Source: Flectonema sp. DT1601 (Eukaryota). Taken from it: a DNA stretch of 64,000 nucleotides. Below the pieces are notes generated by a model, which had not been told where the DNA came from, ran no database searches, and worked only from the letters and a program-made list of their open reading frames with translations. This document shows positions 33,946 through 46,032 of the stretch, one piece after another; the first letter of the stretch is position 1, and every line of letters starts with the position of its first letter. The translations under genes and the position numbers were made by a program. The stretch covers positions 1,240,001 to 1,304,000 of the forward strand of contig OZ025790.1 in NCBI GenBank assembly GCA_964019425.1, read 5' to 3'.

Positions 33946-34923
33946 TTCTCAAGGGAACTTTCGTAACTGACCACCTAATAATGAGGTTTAACAAAGTTGG
34001 ATTAAATATTGTGCAAATTCCTGTCCACCTGAGGACTCGTCAAATTTAGGAAGGCGACTGAAGGAGTACTTCTAGATTCACGGGACTTGTTTGTTTATGG
34101 AAAAGGACAACTGACTTTCGCTTAATCAAAAGTTGTTTTTTTTTACGCGATTTTTCGTGCTATTTTTTTTTTTTTTTTTTTTTTACCTCGAGGCCCTAAC
34201 GTCCTAGCTCCGAAAGAATTTAAATTCTTACAAAAGAAATGTCTAACTACTTTTATACTAAGATAATATTATATAAAAAAGAAGAGAAAAGAGAACAAAA
34301 TTCGCTGAAGTAACTGCATTTTGTTTTAATCTGGAATCCTTCGAAGGGTTTCTGTCATGTGTTTTCTTTTCTGCAGCTACTCAACGTGAAAAAAAAAAAA
34401 GAACAAAACAGCAGAAGAAAAAGAAAAAAAAAAAAAAGCAGCAAAAAAACGACTACTGATTCGTTCAATGATAGATTTCAGAGATCACCGGCACTCTAAA
34501 TAAAAATAAAAAAAAAAAAACGAGACGAATGGGAGAAGGAATCCGTGTAACTTTAGCCACCTTCAGATTGACATATCTCTTGTGTGAAATAACTACATGT
34601 ACTGCCTCTGCTTTTCCGAGTCTTATGGAGGAAGTGATAACTGTGTCTGAACAATGAAAATAAGAACATAAAATCCGAACACATTTTTTTTTTTTTTTTT
34701 TTTTTTTTCCTTCTTCCCCTTTCGAACAGTTGAGGACGCCTGGAAGTCTATCCGACGAAAAAAGAGAAATTTCACTGTTGAAAAAAAAAAAAAAAAGTTT
34801 TAAAAAAAAAAAACAGAGGGATTTCTAGTTCCGATTGTAGTTCGAATATTATTTGAATGATGTAGCAGGTGAGATGATTTTAATTTAAATTATTTCACAT
34901 ACAAGGTAAGTAGTCTTCCCAAC

Positions 34924-35610
34924 ATGTACAATCAATCATACTGTGCTCCTCCACCAGAATATCCTGTAGGGTATTGTAATGTAAATGATAGTGAAGGATA
35001 CTATCAACAATGTGAATATGAAGCCTGTTATGATTCGTGTGATCCTTGCGGTGATATATACGACGCTGGTTGTCAAGTCAGTGTTGAAGAGAGAAATATG
35101 AGGGAAATGGCGATACTGAGATCGAAATTAGGATTACCCCAAATGACTTGTGTAGCTGGGAGGAGTCATTCAGAATATGATAAAGTTAGTCCAGAGAATG
35201 CTGCGAGAATCAGAGAAATAAGAGATAGATTAGGAATCCCGATGATGAAATCAATGGACGGTCAGTTAGACACTCGTGGTGATGGTGGTGACGATTTCGC
35301 AATGCCATCTCCAGAAGACTTGGGAGCAGCGATGTTCAACAAGCATGGTGCCCCGCATGCTGAAAAACCCTTCTTGCAGCCGATTCCTCAGCCAATAGTT
35401 TATACCCAGCCAGTAGTTCAGAGACCACGTCAAGTATCACAACCGGCTTTGTATTATCAACCCGCTACCCGTCCAAACACAGAGTGGGAAAAGTGGGATG
35501 CTCGTGAAGCTCAAGCTCCAGGGACAGTCACTGCCGAGCAATTGGGAGCGACAAGTGCTTACAACACATCCCTCAAGAAACAGCATCAACATGCTGCAGT
35601 TCAGTGGTGA
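34924..35610 (+). CDS. Hypothetical protein (228 aa) with a Cys/Tyr-rich N-terminus and a two-fold internal motif
   Basis: Clean ORF in coding-like sequence. Internal similarity between ILRSKLGLPQM and EIRDRLGIPMM. Confidence 0.75.
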   Translation: MYNQSYCAPPPEYPVGYCNVNDSEGYYQQCEYEACYDSCDPCGDIYDAGCQVSVEERNMREMAILRSKLGLPQMTCVAGRSHSEYDKVSPENAARIREIRDRLGIPMMKSMDGQLDTRGDGGDDFAMPSPEDLGAAMFNKHGAPHAEKPFLQPIPQPIVYTQPVVQRPRQVSQPALYYQPATRPNTEWEKWDAREAQAPGTVTAEQLGATSAYNTSLKKQHQHAAVQW

Positions 35611-36246
35611 GCTTGTCTGTGGCGGGTACGCTGCTTTAATTGTATATTTCTGTTCCTTTATTTTGTTCCCTTTTATTTTTTTTTGCACAGGTAGCATTCT
35701 CTTAGTTACAAGTTTTGTGTCCAAAAGATCATCAACAATATTTTAACTGTTTTGATTATCGGGTAAGTCTTACTTGTTTCCCCCACGCGGGGTTTACTCT
35801 TTGAAATTGCACTGTTGCACACGCTCTTTTTAAATAAAGAATCGAATAGCACACTTCCTTGTTCGTTGTTTTATTAGAAGTTTAACCATGGTTTCCCTAA
35901 GTTTGTCGGTGGGCACTAGACTTTGGTTTTTTCTCCTTCTTTTCTCTTTTTTTTTTTTCTCGATCAGCCGATCAATAGCTACTATGTATATTTGTATTGT
36001 GTGAGCGTAAAAGAGGTGTGGAAAGAAAAAAAAAAAAAAAAAAATCCTGAATGGAGGAAGAATGAAATTTGAAAAAAACAAAAAAAAAAGAACAAAAACA
36101 ACAACAACAACAACATCAACAACCCTGTTTTGTACCAGCAGTAATATTTTATGTTATTATTTTTTTTTTTTTTTAATTTTATAAATCTTGATATTGCTAT
36201 TTTTTTTGTTGAATTCATATCATTTTTCTCATTTAAAAAGTACACC

Positions 36247-38887
36247 ATGTCTAATGACGGGCTGAGCACGACAGATTCATCACAGCCCGCCGGTTCATTA
36301 AAAAAATCTGAAAGTGATGTCGATGATAACAAAATGTGTTGTCACTGCAGCATCCCATTCAGAGATGATGATGATGAGAAAGAGAGACAGAGAAAGAGAT
36401 CCATCGTTTTACCGTTTTCGTTAATTGCAGCAGCTGAACTCTGTTTTGGTATACTTTGGATTTTTGGAAACGTTTTACACCCAACGACTATTGCTATATT
36501 AATCGGAGGTGGGGTCACTGCTTCTTCATTACTTTATATGTACGCTTCAAGAAGTGCGCCGTTAAATTTGATCGAAGGAACATTCGTCTTTCAACTCATA
36601 GTAGTTGCAATGTTAGACTGGTCGACAGCTTCACGTGGATCTCAAGCTCATTGGCCCCTTGCGATACTCGTACTTGATGGGTTGTTGACTAGTGGTGCCA
36701 GAGCACCGGTAATTAAATCATCCGTCGTAAGTCTGTTTATCTGGTTGTTTGTTAGAGCGTCAGAAGATACTTTTAGATGGGGTCTGTGGGACATATTACC
36801 ACAAGACGGAGAAACTGAACGCGGGTGTCCAGTTCCACCATCTCGAATCGGGATAGCAACAGCGCTGGGAGACATCGTTAGTTCGACAATAGTTTTTTAT
36901 TTAGACTTTTACATGACTCAAGGATTCGCCAACGGCATGCGAGCAGAAAAAGAAAAAATGTCCCAAGCAGTTAAGCTTTCAAACAGCATTGCTCGATCAT
37001 TGGCTCTCTTTGATTTGGTTGAGGCAGAAAAGTTGTTAAAAAAGGCTATTGTCATAGAAGGAGAGGAGTCAGACTTGACTGAAGCCTTCGAATTACTTCT
37101 GAGTAACCTCCATAAATATGAACCTTACTTACCGAGAGCACTATTTGAACAGAAAAAGAAGGGTAAATCGCCTTCCATATCAAACGCTGTTATTCCATTT
37201 CACGATGATCATTCTGGGAAGGACGTAACCGTATTGTCGAATTCAGGAGTCTACAATCCTACAGCTCCTTCAGGAACTGTCGCAATGGTATTCACTGATG
37301 TACAGAGTAGCACAGAGCTTTGGGAGGCTTCAGCCTACGCGATGTCAGAAGCATTGCAGCTCCACAATGCTGTCATTCGATCAGTGATTTCTCTGCATTT
37401 TGGTTATGAGGTAAAGACCATCGGAGACGCATTCATGATTGCGTTTTCAACGGCAAGGTTCGCTTTAAGATTCTGTATTGAAGCTCAGGAACAACTAGTC
37501 ATTCAGCACTGGCCTTCAGAACTATTAGAAGTTTCGTCTTATCAGAGACTCATAGAAGGTAATACTCAGGTATGGAATGGACTTCGTGTTCGGATGGGAG
37601 CTCACTATGGACCAGTTCGAGTTGAAGAGAATCCAATAATAAAACGAACGGATTATTTCGGACCGACAGTCAACCGCGCAGCTCGCGTTGAATCAGTTTC
37701 TGTGGGAGGATTGATAGCTGTCACTACTGAGTTCTTAGCTGAAATCTTAATTTCAGAATTCGAAATCGTCAAACAAGCTCCTGTCAGTGTTGACTTAAAA
37801 GGAATAGGGATAACATTAATCCACGGTATCTTACCAAAGAGTTTATCAATCAGATTAGTTGGGATTATTGAAAAAGGGGGTGGTCGGAAACTGACTCTCG
37901 ATACCATGTCACATCGATCTAGTAAAAGATCAGTTATTCGTGGGATAAGACAAGACCAAGTCCACACAGTAGGTACAGTGATGCATTGTAGAACTGGAAA
38001 GAACAGTTCTGGTGATCTGGTATCGGAATTAGAATTCATGCAAGATACCTGCGACCTATCTGATGGTTTGATTATGGGTGTACTCGGATCTCTTATAATG
38101 ATATGTTGGAATGGTGTTGGTAATCCATGTCCTGCACACACCACTCACGCTTGTCGCTTTGGAGCTAAAGTATCACAAGCAGGTAGGTCATCGTGTGGAA
38201 TAGTTACGGGACCTCTGACACACTTAACAGTTGGTAAGACTCAAAAGTTCGTAACGTCAACAGGTTGGTGTGAAGAACTTTCAAATAAACTCTGCACCCT
38301 CGCATTTGAAAATGACACGATGATCTTAGTATCAGGCGTACCTGAGTACCCATCATCACAACAAGACCCAATAGTGTCGGCTTACCTCCGCCCAGTTGGG
38401 ATTTGGACAGTAAAAGGTACCAACAAAACTATATCAATATGTGAACTTCATAAGTCCTTCGTATCTGTGGACAGGGTGTGTGATGATTATTATTTTATGA
38501 ATAAGCAAACTTTCTTTGTAACCAACAACAATAACCACCACAACAACACAGTGGGGCTTTACAGATGAAGACGCTCGTGACAATCACCAATTGTGGAGTA
38601 CGGAATTTCGTGACGCTTTTGAGAAGTCAGGAGAGAACAGTAGTTGTCTTTTACGATTCATGGACGATGTTAGCAGTTGTCCACTTACTAAGGAATATAT
38701 AACTGCACTTCAGAGTGGTAGGAGACCTTTGTATAACAGAGGTTGTTCTATTTCTGAGAGTCATATTTTACCATCTCACCTCTCACCTTGTTATGATGCT
38801 CCTGATAGCACGTCAGTTGTTAGTTTGCTTCAACACACTGTTTCAGTTAATGAAACGTGTTTAGTTGATAATAATAATTTGTTCTAA
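36247..38887 (+). CDS. Multi-TM class III adenylate cyclase with a second degenerate cyclase-like domain, ~854 aa; exons 36247-38475, 38552-38887
   Basis: VFTDVQSST, YEVKTIGDAFMIAF, GLRVRMGAHYG and DYFGPTVNRAARVES (Lys/Asp adenine-specifying residues). The phase-0 intron 38476-38551 joins the 38591 ORF. Confidence 0.9.
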
Positions 38888-39435
38888 GATGTGGGAGATG
38901 AATAATTAGTTTACTTTTCGATAATTATTACTCCCCTATCCAATCTTGTTTCTGTTGGTTTCCAGATTTCAGGTTATAATTTATGTTTTTGTAGGTTCTA
39001 TTCTCATCGCATTCTTGCATGTTGCTTATTGGATTTTCCTTTTTGTTATTTACCATCTTTACTGATTTTATGTCCTCTGTGTGTATTTACACTACCTTTT
39101 GTGGTTTCTTTTGGACCTATGTGGTCGGAGAAAAACAACTCAGATCAGTATTTCATCTTGATCCGTGGTGATTCTCTATTTCCCATGAACCGAATTGGAT
39201 TATTTCATTTTATAATTTTCTACTACTTGTAGGAACAGAGTACTCTTAGTAGGTTTACGCTACCCCACAAGTGTGTAATACACCTTGTTGACGGTGGTAG
39301 CTACTTTTACTATTAATTTTACAAAGTGATTGCCGTATCCTTTTTCAAGGTTTAAGGACTTCACAAGTCTCCGTAACAACATGTGTATTGACAATTATTT
39401 ATTAACTATTTCTATTCAGACTGTACCCGATATGG

Positions 39436-40788
39436 ATGGCTCCCCGCGGGAAGCAGCCGCCTTTGAAGTTCCCGCTGCTTATCCTGCTGCTGATTACTTT
39501 TAGTTTGGTATTATTAGTGGGGTATGCAGCCCAACTATCGTCAGCTGCGGCTGGGGGAGTTAGTGTTATGGAAATGAGGACACTGATGCCTAAAAGTGTA
39601 ACACAGTTGCCTTCACCGCCAGTTACAGTATCTGAAAACTTAGTCACATCTACATCTACATCTAAGTCTACATCACGATATTCAATGTTGTTTAATAGAG
39701 ACATAGTAAAAGACGTATCGGGTATAACACCAACACCACTCGCTTATGATCCAAATCCTACTCAAGATCCGAGGGGTTCACCTCTTTCACGATCATCACA
39801 AGAAGTTGGTGTTATTGTTAATAATGATTTTCGTTTTATTAATACAACTGACAGAAGAACTAAACGAGTCCCTCCAGTCATTCCGTCTATTCTTGAGAAT
39901 AGATTCCCTAATGAAGCAGATTATAATAAGAAATGGGGTGTTGTGATTGGTATTCCGAGTATCGATATTGAAAAAGGAGCGAGAAGACGTCAATATCAAC
40001 GGGATAGTTGGTTTAAATATTCAAGTGTGTGGAACCATCAAAAATCATCTGAATCAACAATTTTAGTTAAGTATCTGTTAGCTTACCATCCTCAGAATAA
40101 TTATACAGTTTCTGATAGTCTTTATAGTGAAGCTGCGGTTTACAAAGACGTAATCTTCTTCGATATGAAAGAAGGAGTATGGTCATCACAAAAGAAATCA
40201 TGGGCAGTTGAAGTTGGAATGTCCCGTAAAGCATTTGCTTGGTATCAATACGCAGCAGATTATTTAAAAACTGACTACGTAATGAAAGGTGATGACGATG
40301 AGTTCATAAGATGTAACATGCTCATATCTGAACTAATGTCTCTTAACTTTGACAGAGTGTACTACGGTAGAATAATGCAATGGGGTATTAAGAAAGGATC
40401 TAAGAAATCATTTCCTTTTAGTGGAGGAATGTCAATAACCTTATCGTACGATCTCATTGACTGGATTCGTGATTCATCTATAGCTGAAACTAATGTGGAT
40501 TACTATCACGAAGATGTAATGGTTGGTAGATGGTTTTATTCTTCCTCAATTCCTCTTAATGTCGTAAAAGACTGCCGTCATCACGACGTTCATCGCGGAG
40601 CTAACAAACAACAACAAACAAGTCAGTCTCTTTGTATTCATCACTTAAAAGATTCATCCGAAGAGTATTTAAATAATTTTAAAATGTATCCTGACACGTC
40701 ATTGCCATCGCTGAAACCAAAGAAGGAACCAGAAATAAAAGACTGGTTGGGAAATACAATAACGACATTGGGATCGTGTAAGAAATAA
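39436..40788 (+). CDS. Type II Golgi beta-1,3-glycosyltransferase (GT31/kinetoplastid GT67-like)
   Basis: N-terminal TM anchor, GIPSID...RRRQYQRDSW, EVGMSRK, YVMKGDDD and EDVMVG. Confidence 0.88.
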   Translation: MAPRGKQPPLKFPLLILLLITFSLVLLVGYAAQLSSAAAGGVSVMEMRTLMPKSVTQLPSPPVTVSENLVTSTSTSKSTSRYSMLFNRDIVKDVSGITPTPLAYDPNPTQDPRGSPLSRSSQEVGVIVNNDFRFINTTDRRTKRVPPVIPSILENRFPNEADYNKKWGVVIGIPSIDIEKGARRRQYQRDSWFKYSSVWNHQKSSESTILVKYLLAYHPQNNYTVSDSLYSEAAVYKDVIFFDMKEGVWSSQKKSWAVEVGMSRKAFAWYQYAADYLKTDYVMKGDDDEFIRCNMLISELMSLNFDRVYYGRIMQWGIKKGSKKSFPFSGGMSITLSYDLIDWIRDSSIAETNVDYYHEDVMVGRWFYSSSIPLNVVKDCRHHDVHRGANKQQQTSQSLCIHHLKDSSEEYLNNFKMYPDTSLPSLKPKKEPEIKDWLGNTITTLGSCKK

Positions 40789-41177
40789 TAAAATGTTTGA
40801 TACAATATAAAACCGTGTATGAAAAAAAAATATATATATAAAGTAGTTTGGGTCTAAATAAGATACTCACATCAATGATGCCTATTTTATCAAGCCCAAG
40901 CAGTGGCAAAGTCAGCCACTAATGAGATTTTTCCACCTATCCTTCAGATCAGTAACCTGGTTAATTTATTTATTAAAAAAGTTTTTTTTGGTATTGTTTT
41001 GTCGTAAAGAGTGTTTCGCTGTTTAACTGTTGGCGGGGGATTCTTATTTTTAAGATATCATTTTTTTTTTATTTTTCTCTGCAGTTGAACTAAATGTGGA
41101 GGGAGAATTGTTGAATTTGCATTTTTTTAATTTAATCCTTTCAAACCCATCCCTCATCTGCAAGAAGTGTTTTCAAT

Positions 41178-41405
41178 ATGAAGATAAACACCTTAACACA
41201 GAACAGTGATGGAGAGGATCCTACAGACTTGGAACCAATTGTTAATCTTACAAAACGATTGAACCCATGGAGTCCGTTACCTGTCACGGAGTCCGACAGG
41301 AAGAAGAGGACGAAGATAGTCGAAAAATCTACAGAAATCAGGCCCTCTTCAATACCGGATCTCCCTGATTTTATTGACATCCCGGATGAAGATTACAACA
41401 AGTGA
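41178..41405 (+). CDS. Possible small protein or gene fragment (75 aa)
   Basis: Island of coding-like composition without homopolymer runs. No recognisable motif. Confidence 0.3.
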   Translation: MKINTLTQNSDGEDPTDLEPIVNLTKRLNPWSPLPVTESDRKKRTKIVEKSTEIRPSSIPDLPDFIDIPDEDYNK

Positions 41406-41624
41406 TCTTCTACACAACAACAACCTCACAATACAATATGTCGAACGATGAGAAGGTTACAACAAAATTACCATCTTCTTTTTTTTTTTTTAAAGGGGTT
41501 TTTTGATAATAAATAAAAATAGTTGATTTTTTTTGTTATAATTGTGTAATAATCCCCGTTTCTTTATTTTTTTTTCCCCCCCTCAACCCCCCAGCTTTTA
41601 TTTCATCAAAAAAAAAAACTAAAC

Positions 41625-44600
41625 ATGACTACTCAACTTAACCCACTATCAGTGTGTACAATCCTTGTACTGTGTCTCTGTAGTACTAATGCAACAAGCG
41701 ACGCAATGCAATCATCAGGTAGAGTGTCTGGGTTTGTTGATGGGCTCGTCTCAGTACAGTTTGAGATATCCGAACCGGCGGGTGTGATGTACATGTCCAT
41801 GTCTGGACCTGCAGACCGTTGGTTTGGTGTCGGTCTAAACAACACATCTCCAGGTGAAGACGCAATGAACAATACCTATGCAATTATCGTTTTACCTGAC
41901 GGTGATAATAATGTACAGGAATGGATCCTCGGTAATACCGGTGATAAGAAGACTCAGAAAGTTCTTTCATCTTCTATCAATATAATTTCAAAAAAATCAG
42001 TTGGTGGAGTCCAAACAATATCATTTTCGAGAAATCTAATCGGAAGTACTCCCGATCACAAGAATTTTACTTCTGTGGATGGATCGTTTAATAAGATGAC
42101 AATGATTCAAGCCACGGGAGTTGGAAAGGTTTTTACGTACCACAAAGATCGTCAAATCTACTCTATGAACACATCATCTGTAACCAGAGGAAGAATTAAT
42201 ATTAACTCAGAAATCGATTTTACTCTGGACCTGTACGACTCAAACCTCACTGGTACTCCTGACGAAGTGACTGCAGTGCTGTCAGGTCCTTCCAGTGTCA
42301 GTTATTCAATCTCTTTTGGAGCACCAAATACTCATTCTTTTAAAGTCCTTGCCGACGGAACGATTCAAGAATTGTACGGCGCGTCGTCTCTTACCTCAAT
42401 CATAACCAACATCAAGATGAATGTTGTTGGTGATATTAGAACTGTTTCTTTTAATAGACCAGCTAAGGGACCTACTTCAGAATATTTATATTTTGATATT
42501 TCTAATGTTCTGATTGATTATAACATTACAACAGATGGAATGCACGCGACAGGAGGTAAAGCCGTCGTTTCAAGTGTACAACAGACTAGTGGATCGCAAA
42601 ATGATTTGAGTTTAGCTGTTGTTTTGGTTGATATTGAATTGTCTGAAATATCCAACATGATGACACTCACACTTACTGGTCCATCCGGTGACGATACGTA
42701 CTTCGCAGTCGGTTTTAACGCTACTCAGATGTCTACAGAACCTTGGACAGTTGTAGTCATTGGTGATACTGTTTCAGAATACCACACTTTTTATAACAAT
42801 ACTGGTCCAGGAGTTTCACAAATACCACAACACGACAGCACTGTTGGTATGAAACTAATCTCTTCAATAATTGTTAATGGAATGAAGACTGTAAAGATAT
42901 CCAGACCAGCTATGAATGTTATATTCAACAACAATAGCTTTGATTTCACAGCCGGCTACAACACTATCCCATACATAAGCTCTCACGGGCCTGTGACTGA
43001 TGGTAAGTTACAATACCACAGTAAACGTAAGACTGCGAGTATTACCTTGAGTCCTCTCTTGTCTTTTGCGGCAACAGCTGATTACACAACTTCAAATGGT
43101 GACTTGTTGTTGCAACTAAAGATAGATGAAAATAATAATAACGTCACAATAACGCTACAAGGACCAAGTGATAAATGGTTTGGAATTGGGTTTGGATCAC
43201 CTTCAATGAAGAATACCTATGCTGTAGTAGTACATGAAGGAATTGTTGAGGAACGTTTATTGGGCAATCACACTCCTGGAAGTGTTACTGTTTATCAGAG
43301 CATCACAATATCATCGGACGAGAGTACGAATGGAACTCGTAAAGTTACGATGTTTAGACCGTTGAAAGCTGATGGTCAACACTTTGATTTTAACATTCAA
43401 TCACCTCTTTATGGTTCTGAAAGTGGTATTGTTACAATTGCTGCAGTTGGAGACACAGTTGAATTAGCATCACACGGACCAAATGGGTTCGTCTACGGTG
43501 ACTGGTTGTCATTAACAACTGAGGATCCCTTACCTACACCGACACCATCTCCGATGACTCCAACTGTTGCTCCAGTTACTCCAACTGTTGCTCCAGTCAC
43601 GTCATCACCTTCAGGCTCAGGGTGTTTACAATCACATGTTAAGATAAATCCGAACATGGCTGAGACTTATGCTTGTCAAATGAGACTAACATCAACTGTT
43701 TCATTCCACTGGAAGTACAACAGAAACTCAAAAGTTGTAGACTTCGCTATCAGGAAACAGGCCCCAGGTTGGATGGGTGTTACTGTTGCTAAACATTGCG
43801 ACCTCATGGTTCCAGCAGAAGGAGTTATTGGAACTTATGAAACACAAAATACATATTTAGTTCAGTCAAAGGGAAATAACGCAATTGTGGTCGATCCATC
43901 ACAGATAGTCTCGAACTTAACGGGATCACTTGTGGATGGTGTCACTACAATAAGGTGGTCAAGAAAGGTATCCAACAACCCAGTCATCGACCCAAACAAC
44001 AATGTTTGTTTTAACTATGCGACACATGCAGGTAGTGTTATTGGTTATCATGGAGGGGGTCCTGAAGCAAGAGGGTCTTTTGAAGTAAACTTGGCAACTG
44101 GTTCTGCTGGTGCTTCCACGTCCAAATTAAGAAGCAAACGAGTAGCTCATGGAGTACTTATGATTATGGCCTGGTCATGGTTTATTCCTCTTGGGATCTT
44201 ACTTAAGAGGTTTGGAAAACCAGTATTTTCACTTGGGATTTCCCAATTTTACGGACACATAGCACTCGTCATGGCAGGTCTGGTCTTAACAATCGCAAGT
44301 TGTATTCTGGCAACCAGCAGTGGGTTTGGTGGTGGACGGTATTCCCACGGCACTGTCGGTGTTGCAGTGATGGTTCTCGCATGTTCGAACCCTCTGGTTG
44401 GTATTTGTGGTTATGTCTTCGTGAGAGATCCAAAACACCCTCAAAGGTGGATATTTAATATTGTTCATTGGGTCATAGGACGTTCTGTTTACATCCTCGC
44501 CACTATCCAAATCTTCTTTGGAATTGAAACTATCAATTCGGTTGAGGGTCTCAGCAGAACTCCGTATCTCTTCGCTGTTATTGCCGGTCTCGTAACGTCA

Positions 44601-44690
44601 GTTGGTACCTTTTTTATTTGTGAATCGTTGTGCAGGCGTGCGAATGAAAACAAAAATGTTCAAGAAGTTTCTTCAGAACTCCTCAAGTAA
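41625..44690 (+). CDS. Multi-DOMON (five) + cytochrome b561 ferric-reductase-like protein
   Basis: Signal peptide and repeated GPxDxWFGxGF...M...R.L...H DOMON pattern. The b561 domain has four His: HGVLM, HIAL, HGTVG and HWVIGR. Confidence 0.88.
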   Translation: MTTQLNPLSVCTILVLCLCSTNATSDAMQSSGRVSGFVDGLVSVQFEISEPAGVMYMSMSGPADRWFGVGLNNTSPGEDAMNNTYAIIVLPDGDNNVQEWILGNTGDKKTQKVLSSSINIISKKSVGGVQTISFSRNLIGSTPDHKNFTSVDGSFNKMTMIQATGVGKVFTYHKDRQIYSMNTSSVTRGRININSEIDFTLDLYDSNLTGTPDEVTAVLSGPSSVSYSISFGAPNTHSFKVLADGTIQELYGASSLTSIITNIKMNVVGDIRTVSFNRPAKGPTSEYLYFDISNVLIDYNITTDGMHATGGKAVVSSVQQTSGSQNDLSLAVVLVDIELSEISNMMTLTLTGPSGDDTYFAVGFNATQMSTEPWTVVVIGDTVSEYHTFYNNTGPGVSQIPQHDSTVGMKLISSIIVNGMKTVKISRPAMNVIFNNNSFDFTAGYNTIPYISSHGPVTDGKLQYHSKRKTASITLSPLLSFAATADYTTSNGDLLLQLKIDENNNNVTITLQGPSDKWFGIGFGSPSMKNTYAVVVHEGIVEERLLGNHTPGSVTVYQSITISSDESTNGTRKVTMFRPLKADGQHFDFNIQSPLYGSESGIVTIAAVGDTVELASHGPNGFVYGDWLSLTTEDPLPTPTPSPMTPTVAPVTPTVAPVTSSPSGSGCLQSHVKINPNMAETYACQMRLTSTVSFHWKYNRNSKVVDFAIRKQAPGWMGVTVAKHCDLMVPAEGVIGTYETQNTYLVQSKGNNAIVVDPSQIVSNLTGSLVDGVTTIRWSRKVSNNPVIDPNNNVCFNYATHAGSVIGYHGGGPEARGSFEVNLATGSAGASTSKLRSKRVAHGVLMIMAWSWFIPLGILLKRFGKPVFSLGISQFYGHIALVMAGLVLTIASCILATSSGFGGGRYSHGTVGVAVMVLACSNPLVGICGYVFVRDPKHPQRWIFNIVHWVIGRSVYILATIQIFFGIETINSVEGLSRTPYLFAVIAGLVTSVGTFFICESLCRRANENKNVQEVSSELLK

Positions 44691-46032
44691 GAAAATAGAT
44701 ACGTTTTATCTACATTACTACTGCGGATTTAACCCTACGAGTTAATTATTGACAAGCATTCAACAGCTGTAGTGATATCAGCAAACATAGTAATTAAGGA
44801 TTGTTCCGAGTACACGGGGGGCAAGAAGTATTTATAACTTTTTTTTTTCCTTTTTTAAAATTCAAAATGAGTGAAACTCTTTGAATCTACTAATGTCTGG
44901 TAGAGATGGTTCCTAACTACACTTCAACAGTAACAATCTATTATTTGCGTTCAGGTTGAAGTCAGTTAGGTATATATCTTAAAAAACAGAATAGCCTCTC
45001 ATTCGTTATTGCCGAGCAACACACACACACGTTGCAGTAGTCATGTTCACGGGTATTTACTAAAAGTGGGCGCTGTGTGTGTGTTACATTATTTTTCTCT
45101 CTTTCCTCTTCACTCGTGACCCGTTGATATTTGAACATGTGAATTCTTCTGATATAATATTCTATTAAAAAGAGAAAAAGAAATGTCGAGAGTCAGATAC
45201 TACAAATCAACATCTGCGAGGGTCAAAATTCTATTTTTTTTTTTTTTTTTTGATCTTTTGCAGGTTTGGTTTGTCAGTTGCATTCAACAACTGAATGTAA
45301 ACGTGACCTCTACCTCTTCTGTTCTTTTTTTTTTTTTTTTTTTTTTTTTTCCCTCTCTTCTTTTTTATTTTTTTTCTTGCTCTCAGAAAATTTTCTTCTC
45401 TGACGCTCCTGGTGATCCATTTCCTTTTTTATTACCGCGTGCTGAATTTATATTATTTATTTAATTTTTTTTTTTTTTTTTTTTTTTTTGCCTATGGCAC
45501 TCGGTATGATTTTCTTTAACCAAATCTCCATCTAACACTTGTTTCCATTGACGTTAGAAGCTCAGGAGATCAGGGTTCGAAATTACCAATGCCTGGCACA
45601 GAAATAAATAGTCAGATGCACTCTGCCCTTTCACCTGGATATCTGTCTGTGATACCAGGTATGGACAGTTGTGACTATTTATTTCTCTCTCGCTCTCGCT
45701 CTCTCTCTCTCTCTCTTACTTCTCTAGTGAATTTAAAAAAAAAAAAAAAATTAAAGACTTTTGTGATGAAATGTGTTCTTTGAAAAATATTACTGATAAA
45801 CTCCCTCCCACCATTGAACACACGCAAACCGGGGAAGGGCTGAGGGATTTATGCTTTTTTTTCTAAAGGCAGTATAGTATTTCATTCTGTTCTCCTTTTG
45901 AATATATTTTTATAAATTTGTCCCAACTTGTTTGCATTACATCCTCGAAGAAAAGTATTGAGTATCCAAGAGGGTGAATATTTATTTGTTTCACCTTAGC
46001 TATTTTTTTTTTTTTATATATATTTAAGCCGC

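Noticed and set aside
36151..36246. N-terminal extensions in the ORF track (36151, 29286, 13477, 16198, 22212)
   Set aside because: They are homopolymer-rich UTR or intron sequence read in frame. Downstream ATGs or splice acceptors explain the genes better.
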